From Candidatus Omnitrophota bacterium (lineage in GTDB: Bacteria; Omnitrophota; Gorgyraeia; 1-14-0-20-64-10), in assembly GCA_023248155.1 (NCBI GenBank), contig JAHFFE010000001.1, positions 212,873-276,872 of the forward strand: a stretch of DNA of 64,000 bases. The letters run 5' to 3'. Made by a program: the position numbers and the translations under genes. The notes beneath the pieces are model-generated. The model was not told the origin of the DNA. It saw nothing but the letters and a program-made list of their open reading frames with translations, and ran no database searches. This document shows positions 36,919 through 50,778 of the stretch, in pieces; position 1 is the stretch's first letter; each line of letters begins with the position of its first letter.

Positions 36919-38274
36919 TTATTTCGTCTGGCCGGTGAATGTGAAATCGCGGATCAGCATGGCCGGCGCTACAACCGAACTAAATCCTTGCGCCGGGTCG
37001 GCCACGAGCCGCCGTTCTTTCGAGAGCGCGATCACCTGAGAAAATGCTTTTAAGACCGGCTGCGTGAACCGCAGTGTTTTCGCGGCGCCTACCACCTTGC
37101 CTTTCTCGACGATGAAAGTTCCGTCGCGCGTCAGACCCGTCATCAGCGCTTCCCGCGTATCGAGAAGTCCGCTGACATAATGGAACCGGGTGATCCAGAG
37201 CCCCCGGTCCATTTTTTTCAGCATCTCGGCGCGCGGTGTTTTGCCCGGGTCCACCAGCAAATGCGTGGCGATCGGTCCTTCCGCTTCGTCATAGGGCAGC
37301 GCGTGGCCGGTCGAGGGTTGATGGTACAGTTTGCCGTAATGGCTGTCGTAGACCAGCCGCTGCGCCCGGCCTTTCTCGATCAAGCCGACATTTTTTCGGG
37401 GGACCCCTTCGAAATCAAACGGCATCGAGAGACAAGCCGGATCGGCCGCGTCGTCGCGGATCGTGATGTTGTCGCCCATGATTTTGTCGCCGATCCGTCC
37501 TGCCATGAAACTTGATTTCTCGTAAAATTGTTTGGCGCCAAAACCGATAAAACTGAGCCACTCCACCAATTCCGCCACCGCCTCCGGTTCGATCAGCACC
37601 GTATATTTCCCGAGCGGGATCTTTTTTTGATTCCGGTTGCGCCGGCAATGATCGCTGGCCCGCTTGAGCAGTTCATCGGCATCCAGCGTTTCGGAGTCGC
37701 GGTACGATTGTGCCGCGAACCCGGATGATTTTCCGGAAGTCGCAACCAGGCGCAATCCTCCTGCGGTAAAAGGCTGATAGACAGCGAGTCCTCCTGATCC
37801 GACGACGGCCAGTTCGCTTTCTCCTGCGGTCGAGGATCCTGCCAGTTCCAGCCCGGTTTTTTCGGCGGTCAGCCAGAGATTTTTGAGAAGAGTAAGCCGT
37901 TCTTTCGGCTGCTGTTGGGCTGTTTGCGCGAAATGCGTTTGAAGCACAGGCAGAGGTTTTTTCAACGGATTGGTTTGGAATGACGCTGCCGGTGATTTGC
38001 CGGATAGTTTCGCGATTGCCAGCGCCGAATCAACGGCGCGGCGCAGAGCCTCTTTCGTCAGCGAAGAACAGGTAGCCACGCCGACGCGGCCATGCCAGCT
38101 GGTTTTTACCCAGACGGTAATATCCTGCTCAGCAAAGTTCTGATGAATCTTTCCGCTGGAGAACCGGAATATCGTTTGCTGTGAATGCTGGCAGGCGATC
38201 AGCGTCTGGTCGGCCTTCGAGTAACGCGCCGCCTGCTTCAATTCTGAAATCAGTCTTATTTTTCCGATCAGCAT
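36919..38274 (-). CDS. pmbA: TldD/PmbA-family metalloprotease (PmbA/TldE-like)
   Basis: 451 aa TldD/PmbA family, paired with tldD immediately upstream. Confidence 0.8.
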   Translation of the reverse strand: MLIGKIRLISELKQAARYSKADQTLIACQHSQQTIFRFSSGKIHQNFAEQDITVWVKTSWHGRVGVATCSSLTKEALRRAVDSALAIAKLSGKSPAASFQTNPLKKPLPVLQTHFAQTAQQQPKERLTLLKNLWLTAEKTGLELAGSSTAGESELAVVGSGGLAVYQPFTAGGLRLVATSGKSSGFAAQSYRDSETLDADELLKRASDHCRRNRNQKKIPLGKYTVLIEPEAVAELVEWLSFIGFGAKQFYEKSSFMAGRIGDKIMGDNITIRDDAADPACLSMPFDFEGVPRKNVGLIEKGRAQRLVYDSHYGKLYHQPSTGHALPYDEAEGPIATHLLVDPGKTPRAEMLKKMDRGLWITRFHYVSGLLDTREALMTGLTRDGTFIVEKGKVVGAAKTLRFTQPVLKAFSQVIALSKERRLVADPAQGFSSVVAPAMLIRDFTFTGQTK

Positions 38275-39722
38275 CAGCCGACCTGCACTTTCTCAAAGCG
38301 GGCCGGGGAAGCGCCATGGCCCACATGCATCACCTGGATCGGTTCTCCCTTGGCGCAGTTGGGAACGCCGTAGAGCCGCCATTCTTCTTTGCCGGTAATG
38401 CCGCTGCACGAGTTCCAGAATTCCGGCGTGATGCCGGTATAAACCGGATTTTTCAACGCCTGTCCCAATTTTCCGTTGCGGATCTCCCAGCCGATTTCGG
38501 TTCCGAACTGAAAGTTCAGCCGTTTATCGTCGATCGACCAGCTTTTGTTGGTCGCCAGTAAAATCCCTTTTTTCGTGTCGCCAATCAGGTCATCCAGCGT
38601 GCCGGTTCCGGGATCGAGGCTTACATTGGTCATCCGCACGATCGGCACGGCGTTCCATCCATCGGCGCGCATCGCTCCGGTTGAATGGCTGCCGATTTGC
38701 GCGGCGGTTTCCCTCGAGCTGAGATAGTTGACGAACCGGCCGTTCTGAATAATCGGCACGCGCTGGGCAGGCACACCCTCATCGTCGTAGCCGAATGTGC
38801 CGCAGCCTTTCGGCAGTGTGGCGTCGGCGGTAATATTAACGAGCCGGTTTCCGTAGCGGTAATGTCCCAGCGTGTCGGGCGTCAGAAAACTGCCGCCTGC
38901 GAATGAAAGTTCCATTCCCAGTGCGCGGTCCAGTTCGGTTGGATGCCCGCATGACTCATGCACCTGCAGAATCAGCTGATCCGGCATTAAAATCACGGTG
39001 GTTTTTCCGGAAGGGCATTCTTTGGCGCGCAGCAATGTGACCGCTTCCTGGCGCACCCGTTTTGCTTCGCCGACAAAATCGAGTGCTTTTACATATTCAT
39101 AACCGGCCTGCGCCAGCGAACAGGAATTTGCCGTCGGGAATGACCGTTTTTGCATCTCATTGCCGAGCACGGCGGTGGCTTCAATCATGCCGCCCGATTC
39201 GGTGATCAGCTGTTCGATCCAGGCCCCTTCGGTCGAGCAAAACAGTTTCTCGGTTTTATGGAATTCCAGTTTCGCGATCGCGCTGGCGATCTGCGGATTA
39301 TCCTTAAGCACCTGGCAGGTCCAGAGCAGGTAATCCAGTTTGCGCTGCAGTGGCACACGGAACGGGTCGATCTCCAAAGGAGTTTCGTAACGGCCGCGCG
39401 CCGGTTTCATCGGTCTTAAATGGGCCATTGGCGCGGTGGTCAGTGCTACGGCGCGCGCCATTTCGATGGCCCGGTCGGCGGTCTGCTTGAGTCCGCGCCG
39501 GTTAAAATGACAGGACGACGCGTGCCCCCAGGCCCCGTGGTCAAGTACGCGGATGAAAACACCTTCGCTGGCGCTCTGGCTGATATGCTGCGGCTGACCG
39601 TTTTGCACCACCAGCTCCTCTTTCAGCGCGTGGACAAAACGGAGATCTCCGTAACGGATGCCGCGCCGTTTGAGATAGGAAATAGTCTCGGAAAACAGGT
39701 TTTTGGGTTTGGAAGGAACCAT
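38274..39722 (-). CDS. tldD: TldD-family metalloprotease
   Basis: HESCGHPTELD zinc-binding motif; 482 aa. Confidence 0.85.
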   Translation of the reverse strand: MVPSKPKNLFSETISYLKRRGIRYGDLRFVHALKEELVVQNGQPQHISQSASEGVFIRVLDHGAWGHASSCHFNRRGLKQTADRAIEMARAVALTTAPMAHLRPMKPARGRYETPLEIDPFRVPLQRKLDYLLWTCQVLKDNPQIASAIAKLEFHKTEKLFCSTEGAWIEQLITESGGMIEATAVLGNEMQKRSFPTANSCSLAQAGYEYVKALDFVGEAKRVRQEAVTLLRAKECPSGKTTVILMPDQLILQVHESCGHPTELDRALGMELSFAGGSFLTPDTLGHYRYGNRLVNITADATLPKGCGTFGYDDEGVPAQRVPIIQNGRFVNYLSSRETAAQIGSHSTGAMRADGWNAVPIVRMTNVSLDPGTGTLDDLIGDTKKGILLATNKSWSIDDKRLNFQFGTEIGWEIRNGKLGQALKNPVYTGITPEFWNSCSGITGKEEWRLYGVPNCAKGEPIQVMHVGHGASPARFEKVQVG

Positions 39723-39780
39723 GGGAATTCATCTACCCTACGGGTTTTTAAGTCGGCTGTCAATGAGTGCCGGTATCATG

Positions 39781-39786
39781 TATACT
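39781..39786 (+). promoter_or_regulatory. GTATACT -10-like element upstream of fibre gene 39817
   Basis: GTATACT 39780-39786, then SD AGGAGG and ATG 39817. Confidence 0.35.
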
Positions 39787-39816
39787 TATTTTATAAATTC
39801 ACAGGAGGTGTTTTTT

Positions 39817-41364
39817 ATGAAGGTAAACGCTAGGTTTAGTGCCGCTGTTCCCGCCATCATCCTTCTCGTCTCAGTTATTTTTACCGGCATTGCCTGGGCC
39901 GAAACTGTTGAGTTAGTGACTTATTATCCAACATCGGCAAATAGCGGCGACCAGCATCTAACCAGTTTAACGGTGGGCAACGATTATTTGGCTACCACAC
40001 TGGCCAATGGCCAGGCATTGATCCAGACCAGCTTGGGGATTGGAACCGGGTTTGCCAACAACGAACCGGCGGCTCCGACGGTTTTGGAAGTACGCGGAGT
40101 GGCCGGTGATGCATCGCAGGCTCTGTTTCTGCCGGGTGCCGGCGGTACGATGAGCGTGGTGATCGGCCGGGACGGGGCGCCGGGGGCGGGAATCCCCGGC
40201 TCCGGTTTGTCGGTGGTCTCCACCAATGACGGCGTAGACATACGCGGGATAAGTGTTTTGCATTCCAGTAACGGTATCCAGGGAGGCATCCTAAATCTCC
40301 TTAAAAGCCGGGCGGCCGGTGCGGTGGTGCAGGCCGGGGATTATGCGGGCGGCGTGGGTTTCTGGTTTTTCAACAACGGCGAGGGGGGCATTTCCGAATC
40401 CGGATACACGCAGTCCGCGGCTATCTGGAGCGCCGTCAACAACGCGACTCCCGGGTCCGAAGCGGGGCATCTCGAGTTCTACACGACGAACGCCGGCGTG
40501 TCGTCGGAGAAGATACGGATCGCCGCGAACGGCAACGTGGGGATTGGAACGGCGGCACCCGGACAAACATTAACCGTTAATGGCACTCTGGGTATCTTGG
40601 AAGGAGGCGCCAATCCAACCGACCACACGATTTTTCAGGGAGGCACCCAGACAGGCGATATTACATACTCTCTCCCGGCGGCCCAGGGAGCTGCCGACAC
40701 CGTTCTTGCAAATAATGGGGCCGGTGTTCTCTCGTGGAGTGCTTCGGCGGGAGGAGGTGTTCCAAACACCGTCGTTGTTTTCAATGCTTCGGGAAACTGG
40801 ACGGCTCCTGCTGGAGTGACAAGAATTAATGTCCAGGTTTGGGGCGGCGGCGGCGGTGGCGGTGGAGCCACTAGTTGTTCGGGTTACGGCAGCGGCGGGG
40901 GCGGCGGCGGTTACGCCGAATCCATTCTTGCGGTTACACCGGGGACAACCTATACCGTTACGGTGGGTGCCGGAGGAACCGGAGGCGCTAGTATCGCGGG
41001 TACCGCCGGAGGCACATCGTTTTTTAATACCGCCGCGATCGTTTCGGCGACTGGCGGTGCTGGAGGACTAAGAGACTGCGAAGCCACGGCCGTCAACTCT
41101 ATTGGGGGAAATGGTCTAGGCACCATCACCATCACGGGCGCTTCCGGAGACATGGGCGGGAACACGAGCAGCTCTGTTCCAAACGGAGGCGATTCTCCTC
41201 TGGGCGGTAGTGGAGGGGATGGAGGTGCTAATAGCGGAACCCCGGCGCAGGGAAATGGTCGCGCAGGCATTATTCCTGGCGGTGGTGGCGGCGGTGCGGG
41301 CGGCACGGGCACAAGTGGTATAGGCGGCAATGGAGCACACGGAAGAGTAGTGATAAGGTTCTGA
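39817..41364 (+). CDS. Secreted fibre-like protein, paralog family (type-A N-term) with Gly-rich C-terminal region
   Basis: MKVNARFSAAVPAIILLVSVIFTGIAWA|ETVELVTYYPTSANSGDQHLTSLTVGNDYL...; C-term VWGGGGGGGGATSCSGYGSGGGGGGY...TVGAGGTGGAS. Confidence 0.85.
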   Translation: MKVNARFSAAVPAIILLVSVIFTGIAWAETVELVTYYPTSANSGDQHLTSLTVGNDYLATTLANGQALIQTSLGIGTGFANNEPAAPTVLEVRGVAGDASQALFLPGAGGTMSVVIGRDGAPGAGIPGSGLSVVSTNDGVDIRGISVLHSSNGIQGGILNLLKSRAAGAVVQAGDYAGGVGFWFFNNGEGGISESGYTQSAAIWSAVNNATPGSEAGHLEFYTTNAGVSSEKIRIAANGNVGIGTAAPGQTLTVNGTLGILEGGANPTDHTIFQGGTQTGDITYSLPAAQGAADTVLANNGAGVLSWSASAGGGVPNTVVVFNASGNWTAPAGVTRINVQVWGGGGGGGGATSCSGYGSGGGGGGYAESILAVTPGTTYTVTVGAGGTGGASIAGTAGGTSFFNTAAIVSATGGAGGLRDCEATAVNSIGGNGLGTITITGASGDMGGNTSSSVPNGGDSPLGGSGGDGGANSGTPAQGNGRAGIIPGGGGGGAGGTGTSGIGGNGAHGRVVIRF

Positions 41365-41384
41365 AAAAAATCAGTCCCTCGGCA

Positions 41385-42773
41385 GTGACGCAGGCGGTTA
41401 ACAGGGTATTTCTCCAATTGCCTGGAGAGCAAATCAGTTCTCTGGCGCGTCGGCGCCGGTCGCTGGCGTTAAAACACCAGATGGTAGTTTATAATTCCCG
41501 CAAGCAGCCCCACCAGATCGATCTTCAGATGCGGCCCTGGGTGATGACGCGCGTGCAAGAATCATTTTTTTATAAAACCTGCCGGCTTCTGAATTCCGCG
41601 CTCGATAGAATCGTTCCTCTCTATTTGCACAATCCGCAGGTTCGCCAGATCGTTCCGTTGGAGCCGTATGAAGACGAATGGCTGCGTGCCGCCAACGCCC
41701 GCAAACTGCAAACGCCGCGAACGGTTTTCGGCCGGATCGACGCGACCGCTACCTTCGCGCATCCGCGCTGGAAGGACGATTTCTGGTTTTTGGAGCCGAA
41801 TGAAATCGGCATCGGCGGTGTTTATTACATCTACGGCACGATGGCGATGGCCAATGAATGGGTCGTGCCGCTGCTGAAAGAAAAAATCCCGGCGTTTCAG
41901 CCGCGAATGGCCAACGATCCGCAGCGGCTGCTGTTTCTGCTGATGCGCCGGCACGCGCGCGCCATTGGCCGGCCATTAAAGCGCGTGGCATTGGTCGAAG
42001 ATTGTTCAGAGCCGGAAGGGACCGCCGAATTTTCTTCGGTAGTCCAATCGTTCCGGCGATGGGGACTGGACGCGTTTGTGGCCGACCCTCGTCAGGTGAA
42101 AAGTCGTCGCGGCGAAATTACCGTGCGCGGGAAACCGGTTGATCTGATTTACCGCGATACGGAACTGACCGAGATGGCCGAAATGGGCGGCCGCGATTTT
42201 TCAAAAAAATTCTCGGGCATGCGCGAAGCGTTCATCCAAAACCGCGGGATCTCTTCGCTGGCCGGCGAGTTCGATCACAAGTCATGCTGGGAATTGTTTA
42301 CCAATCCGCAATTTGGCCATTATTTTACGCCTGCCCAGCGCCGGCTTTTCCAGAAACATATTCTTTGGACACGGTTACTGTGGGAACGGACCACGACCGA
42401 TTGGAACGGAAAATCGGTCGATCTCGTTGCCTGCACTCAAAAGAACCGCGCACGCTTGGTGCTGAAGCCAAACCGCGCGTACGGCGGAGAAGGGGTTTTA
42501 TTCGGTTGGGCTGTTTCGCAGAGCCGATGGGATCGCGCGCTGGCAACGGCGCTGCGGGAACCGTCCCAATGGATTGTTCAGCGCGCCGCGCGCGTGCATG
42601 AAGAATTATTTCCGGAGATCCGTCCCAATGGCCGCGTAAAACTGGAACCATTTTTTGCGGTAACCGGTTTTGCCGCTACCCCCGACGGCATGGCGGTTCT
42701 GGGCCGGTTTTCAGAAGAATCGGTAGTGAATGTTTCCCGCCGCGGCGGATTAATTCCGGTTTTTCGATTGTGA
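41385..42773 (+). CDS. Hypothetical protein, possibly circularly-permuted ATP-grasp / glutathionylspermidine-synthase-like
   Basis: 462 aa, GTG start; weak resemblance (IGIGGVYYIYG, RAYGGEGVLFGW ATP-grasp-like strands); assignment is tentative. Confidence 0.35.
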   Translation: MTQAVNRVFLQLPGEQISSLARRRRSLALKHQMVVYNSRKQPHQIDLQMRPWVMTRVQESFFYKTCRLLNSALDRIVPLYLHNPQVRQIVPLEPYEDEWLRAANARKLQTPRTVFGRIDATATFAHPRWKDDFWFLEPNEIGIGGVYYIYGTMAMANEWVVPLLKEKIPAFQPRMANDPQRLLFLLMRRHARAIGRPLKRVALVEDCSEPEGTAEFSSVVQSFRRWGLDAFVADPRQVKSRRGEITVRGKPVDLIYRDTELTEMAEMGGRDFSKKFSGMREAFIQNRGISSLAGEFDHKSCWELFTNPQFGHYFTPAQRRLFQKHILWTRLLWERTTTDWNGKSVDLVACTQKNRARLVLKPNRAYGGEGVLFGWAVSQSRWDRALATALREPSQWIVQRAARVHEELFPEIRPNGRVKLEPFFAVTGFAATPDGMAVLGRFSEESVVNVSRRGGLIPVFRL

Positions 42774-42779
42774 TATACT
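42774..42779 (+). promoter_or_regulatory. TATACT -10-like element 6 nt before ATG 42786 (leaderless-type)
   Basis: GATATACT-gctgtc-ATG. Confidence 0.35.
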
Positions 42780-42785
42780 GCTGTC

Positions 42786-44300
42786 ATGAGCGATAAAAAA
42801 TCTTTCACAAAAATAGTCCTTGGGTTTTTAGCAATAGGGCTTGTTGCCGGCATCGCCTGGGCCGAAACGACCGAAATTGTGACCTATTATCCTACCAGCG
42901 GCGGTGGCGGCGCCGATCCGCAGGTAAACTCGATCAGGGTCGGAAACGGCTATGCAGGAACTGCTGCTCCGGGGAATGGAATAGCGCGCATCGAAACATC
43001 TCTCGGGATCGGTCTGGCGGGACTACCCACTCAACAGATTGAAATTACCGGTAATTTTCAGTTGCCGGCCACGACGGCTCCGGGAGGTATCCTTGCCGGG
43101 GGCGCTATTTTGTCCAATGGCAACAGGTTCATTCACAATTTCGGATCGAACAATTTTTTTGCGGGTGTGAACGCCGGTAACTTTACCATGACCGGTGGTA
43201 CGAACACGGCGGTTGGGGCTACTGCTTTGCGTGCCAACACTACCGGTGGCGGTAATACGGCTGTCGGTCAAAGTGCTTTGGCGAGCAATACCACCGGTCC
43301 TTCAAATACCGCTATCGGAATTGCTGCGCTCACTGCCAATATTAGCGGCGGCAACAATGTTGCTATTGGACGGACGGCGCTTTTCCTTAATAATAATGGT
43401 TCCTTCAACACCGCGGTCGGGAACCAGTCTCTTGCAAACAACACGGTTTCCGACAATACAGCCATTGGTTTTGGAGCTATGCAACTCAATACGACCGGCA
43501 CTGACAACACCGCCGTGGGGTTCTCTGCTCTGCTGAGTAATACCACGGGCGTCACCAATGCCGCCGTCGGCATGAACACCCTTCTCAACAACACCATTGG
43601 CGGCGGCAACGCCGCGCTGGGGACCAGTGCTCTTCTCAGCAACACCACCGGCATAAATAACACGGCGGTCGGCAGTGCTGCAGGTGGTATTAACACCACC
43701 GGTTCAAACAATGTTTTTATTGGGCAAATAGCACAACCAACTGTCGGGAACCTTACTAATGCCATTGCCATCGGTTCCAACGCGCAAGTTGGCGCCAGCA
43801 ACAGTATGGTTCTGGGTGGAACCGGCGCCAATGCGGTCAATGTCGGTATTGCTGTGACTACGCCGAGAACGCCGGCTCCGAACGCGGCCGCCGGCAACCT
43901 GGATGTAAATGATGTTTGGGTAAGAAGTTTGAACGCCGGGGCGGGAGCCTGGCTGAGTCAGCAGGCCGGAGGTGGAGCTCAAATGGTGACGGGCAGTTAT
44001 GTCGGTAATGGAATCAATGCCCGTCGAACCATAGCGGTTGCCGGCGTTACGGCGGCCACGCCGATTCGTTTCTTGACGGTAATTGGAAATTGGCGCAATA
44101 CGACTTCTGCGATGACCAATATTAAAACAGCGACCATGGCAGGAACGCTGAATTATCATTGGGCGCCTGCGCTGGCAACCTATGAGCTTACCGTCGGCGG
44201 TCCCGCGATTCAATTTGAGGCGACCGGGTTTAGTTTTCTGCATGATGCGGGCACCATCAATCAGAATGGGCAGACGTACCACTACATCGCCTATTTGTAA
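42786..44300 (+). CDS. Secreted fibre-like protein, paralog family (type-B N-term)
   Basis: ...GIAWA|ETTEIVTYYPTSGGGGADPQVNSIRVGNGY...; long run of NTAVG/NTTG 14-15-aa repeats. Confidence 0.85.
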   Translation: MSDKKSFTKIVLGFLAIGLVAGIAWAETTEIVTYYPTSGGGGADPQVNSIRVGNGYAGTAAPGNGIARIETSLGIGLAGLPTQQIEITGNFQLPATTAPGGILAGGAILSNGNRFIHNFGSNNFFAGVNAGNFTMTGGTNTAVGATALRANTTGGGNTAVGQSALASNTTGPSNTAIGIAALTANISGGNNVAIGRTALFLNNNGSFNTAVGNQSLANNTVSDNTAIGFGAMQLNTTGTDNTAVGFSALLSNTTGVTNAAVGMNTLLNNTIGGGNAALGTSALLSNTTGINNTAVGSAAGGINTTGSNNVFIGQIAQPTVGNLTNAIAIGSNAQVGASNSMVLGGTGANAVNVGIAVTTPRTPAPNAAAGNLDVNDVWVRSLNAGAGAWLSQQAGGGAQMVTGSYVGNGINARRTIAVAGVTAATPIRFLTVIGNWRNTTSAMTNIKTATMAGTLNYHWAPALATYELTVGGPAIQFEATGFSFLHDAGTINQNGQTYHYIAYL

Positions 44301-44310
44301 GTCCTCTTTT

Positions 44311-44344
44311 ATTGTCAACCGGAACGGTGTTTTGAGTTGACAAT
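44311..44344 (+). promoter_or_regulatory. BirA-operator-like palindrome (bioO) upstream of bioB
   Basis: ATTGTCAAC-N16-GTTGACAAT, a perfect 9-bp inverted repeat resembling the TGT(A/C)AAC-N-GTT(T/G)ACA biotin operator, 66 nt before bioB. Confidence 0.55.
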
Positions 44345-44409
44345 TCCTACCTGACGAGCGATCCTACAAAGAACGGTATTTTAACCTTCCCTAAAGAGGA
44401 GTTTTTGGC

Positions 44410-45384
44410 ATGATAGAGACAATTCAGACGGTTTCGCAGCGAGTGCTCGGCGGCGGAAAAATCACGATGGATGAAGCGTCGAAATTTATCGAGATGGACA
44501 ACTGGCCGGATGTTTTACACCTGGCCTCCGAAGCGACGCGCATCCGCGAGAAATTTACCGGCAAACAGGTTGATCTTTGCGCGCTCGTCAACGCGAAAGC
44601 CGGCAACTGCGCCGAGAACTGCGGTTATTGCAGCCAGTCCGCCCATTTCAATACCGAAATCTCTTCGTATCCGCTCATGAACCCAGACCAGATCGTCGAG
44701 CGGGCGCGCCAGGCCAAGGAATTCGGCGCGACGCGGTTTTGTATCGTGACGGCCCAGCGCGGTTTGTCCGACAACGATCTGCCGACGCTCTGCGAAGCGG
44801 TGCGCCGCGTGAAAGCCGAAGTTGGGCTCGAACCGGAATGTTCCCTCGGTTTTGTGACCGATCATCAACTGGAACAACTGAAAGCGGCCGGCATGACGCG
44901 CTATAACCATAACCTCGAAACGGCCGAAACCAATTTCCCGAACATCTGCACGACGCATTCCTATCAGGACCGGCTTGCTACACTGCGCCAGTTGCGCAAG
45001 CATGGCCTGGAAATCTGCAGCGGCGGCATTCTCGGCCTGGGCGAGTCGCGCCAGGAACGGTTGGCGCTGGCGTTTGAATTGTCCGAGCTGGATGTCGAAT
45101 GCGCGCCGATCAATGTGTTGAATCCGCGTCCCGGTACACCGCTGGCCGAGAACACGCCGCCGGATCCGATGGAAGTGATCAAGACGATCGCCGTGTTCCG
45201 GTTCATCCTGCCGAAGGCCAAGCTGGAATTGGGCGGCGGCCGCGAAGTGAACCTGCGCGATTTTCAGTCGATGGCGTTTTTGGCGGGTGCCAATTCGCTG
45301 ATCATCGGCGGATACCTGACGACCAACGGCCGCCAGCCGGCGCATGACACGCAGCTGCTGAAAGACCTCGGCTTCACGGTTTAA
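44410..45384 (+). CDS. bioB: Biotin synthase (radical SAM)
   Basis: CAENCGYCSQS radical-SAM cluster motif and biotin-synthase C-terminal region. Confidence 0.92.
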   Translation: MIETIQTVSQRVLGGGKITMDEASKFIEMDNWPDVLHLASEATRIREKFTGKQVDLCALVNAKAGNCAENCGYCSQSAHFNTEISSYPLMNPDQIVERARQAKEFGATRFCIVTAQRGLSDNDLPTLCEAVRRVKAEVGLEPECSLGFVTDHQLEQLKAAGMTRYNHNLETAETNFPNICTTHSYQDRLATLRQLRKHGLEICSGGILGLGESRQERLALAFELSELDVECAPINVLNPRPGTPLAENTPPDPMEVIKTIAVFRFILPKAKLELGGGREVNLRDFQSMAFLAGANSLIIGGYLTTNGRQPAHDTQLLKDLGFTV

Positions 45385-45392
45385 AAGCAGTT

Positions 45393-46124
45393 TTGGATAT
45401 TTCCCTCCAAGGCAAAAAAATCCTGGTGACGGGTGCCACCGGCGGGATCGGCGTCGCCATCATCGGACAGCTTCTGCAGTCGGGCGCGCAGGTGACCGGA
45501 TCTTATTTTCAGGATCAATCTGCCGCCGATGCTCTCCAAAAACAGGGTACTTGCATGATGCGCGCCGACCTGGGCGATCGTTTAGCGGTCCGTTCGCTGG
45601 TACAGAAAACATTGGAACAATCCGGCGGAGCCATTGACGCGCTGATCTACGCGGCCGGCAACACGCGCGATCACACCTTGATGAAAATGACCGACGATGA
45701 ATGGGACTCCGTCATCGGCGTGCACCTCACCGGCCTGGTCACGGCCTGCAAAGAACTGCTTCCGTCGATGCAGCAGCGCAAGCAGGGCAAGATCATCGCG
45801 CTCGGATCACAGTCCGGATTAACGGGGCGAATGGGCCAGGCCAATTACAGTGCCGCGAAAGCGGGAGCGGCAGGCTTCATTAAAACATTGGCGCGCGAAG
45901 CCGGCCGTTTCGGCGTGACGGCCAACCTGGTTTGTCCCGGATTTGTCGATTCTAAAATGACGCGCTCGGCTCCGCCGGAAGCGTGGGAGCGGGCCAAGGC
46001 TGCCTCGGCGCTGGGAACGGTTTCTTCGGCGCAGACGGTTGCTTCCTTTATTGCCTGGATGGTGTCGGACCATTGCGCCGGCGTAACAGGGCAAATCTTC
46101 CAGCTCGACAGCCGGATTTTATGA
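45393..46124 (+). CDS. SDR-family oxidoreductase (FabG-like 3-oxoacyl-ACP reductase)
   Basis: KKILVTGATGGIGVAI Rossmann motif; YSAAKAG catalytic motif. Confidence 0.8.
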   Translation: MDISLQGKKILVTGATGGIGVAIIGQLLQSGAQVTGSYFQDQSAADALQKQGTCMMRADLGDRLAVRSLVQKTLEQSGGAIDALIYAAGNTRDHTLMKMTDDEWDSVIGVHLTGLVTACKELLPSMQQRKQGKIIALGSQSGLTGRMGQANYSAAKAGAAGFIKTLAREAGRFGVTANLVCPGFVDSKMTRSAPPEAWERAKAASALGTVSSAQTVASFIAWMVSDHCAGVTGQIFQLDSRIL

Positions 46125-47286
46125 ACGAACTTCAAAATGAACTGGATGAACTCGACCGTCAGGGACTGCGCCGGTTCTGGCGATGCGTCGAAGCAGTTGA
46201 TGGTGGTCGGATTTTAATCGACGGCCAATGGCGCGTTCATATGGCCTCCAACAATTATTTGGGGTTGGCGGCCCATCCTCGCGTGGTAGCCGCTGCGCGC
46301 GAAGCGCTGGAACAGTATGGCGCGGGCGCCGGGTCGGCGCGATTGATCGGCGGAACTTTTCCGCCGCATGAACAGCTGGAAGAAGAACTGGCCCGGTTTA
46401 AACAAGCGGAAGCAGCGATTGTTTTTCCAACCGGGTATATGGCCAACCTCGGCATTATTACCACGCTGACCGGCCCTGAAGATCTGCTGATCGGTGATCG
46501 GCTGAACCATGCCAGCTTGATTGACGCCTGCCGGCTCAGCCGCGCGTCGTTTCGCGTTTATCCACACCTCGACGCAGAGAAGCTCAACGACCTTTTAAAA
46601 CAGCGCCGCGCGAAATACCGGCGCGTTCTGATTATCGCCGAAGGACTTTTTTCAATGGATGGCGACTGCTCGCCGTTAAAGGAAATTTCGGAACTGGCGC
46701 GCCAGTACGATGCCTGGTTGATGATCGACGATGCGCACGGCACCGGTGTTCTGGGAAAAACCGGTCGCGGTTCTCTGGAAGCGGCCGGTGTTTCTCCCGA
46801 CGGAATTTTGCAAATGGGAACGCTGTCGAAAGCAATTGGTTCGGTCGGCGGATATTTAGCCGGGCCTAAGGCGGCTGTTGAGCTGATCAAGAACAAGGCC
46901 CGTTCATTTATTTTCACGACGGCATTACCGCCGGCCTGCGCGGCTGCGGCGCACGAAGCGCTGCGCGTGATCCAGCAGGAACCGGCTATACGGGAACAAC
47001 TTTGGAATAATGTGCGGCACTGGACGCAGGGCTTGAAAAAAATGGAGCTTCCGCTGGTTTCGGACAACAGCCCGATCGTTCCGGTGCAGGTGGGCGACAA
47101 CCGTTTGACGATGGAAATTGCGCAGTCGCTTTTTGAGCAGGGTGTTTACGCGCCGGGCATCCGTCCCCCGACGGTACCCGAAGGCCAGGCGCGCATCCGC
47201 ACCAGCGTGACGGCGCTGCATACGCCGGATGATTTGGATAATGCGCTGAAAGTTTTTGAAAAAACAATAGGGGTGATTCACCGATA

Positions 47287-47287
<1 letters not shown>
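46121..47287 (+). CDS. bioF: 8-amino-7-oxononanoate synthase
   Basis: MNELQNELDELDRQGLRR...; PLP Lys region GTLSKAIGSVGGY; start overlaps the SDR stop (ATGA). Confidence 0.9.
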
Positions 47288-50746
<3,459 letters not shown>

Positions 50747-50754
50747 TTTTCGAG

Positions 50755-50760
50755 TATACT
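50755..50760 (+). promoter_or_regulatory. GTATACT -10-like element upstream of fibre gene 50779
   Basis: GAGTATACT then 18 nt to ATG. Confidence 0.3.
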
Positions 50761-50778
50761 TTTGAATAGGCAAGAACG

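Noticed and set aside
40850-40925. GGCGGCGGYGG tandem repeats flagged as a possible repeat or CRISPR-like array
   Set aside because: They lie inside the open reading frame of fibre gene 39817 and encode a poly-Gly tract. There are no spacer/repeat periodicity and no cas genes.
44515-45345. Antisense 276-aa ORF opposite bioB, and 56294..57181 opposite the ubiD-like gene
   Set aside because: Same reasoning: the sense strands encode unmistakable BioB and UbiD proteins, and the antisense translations are compositionally biased.
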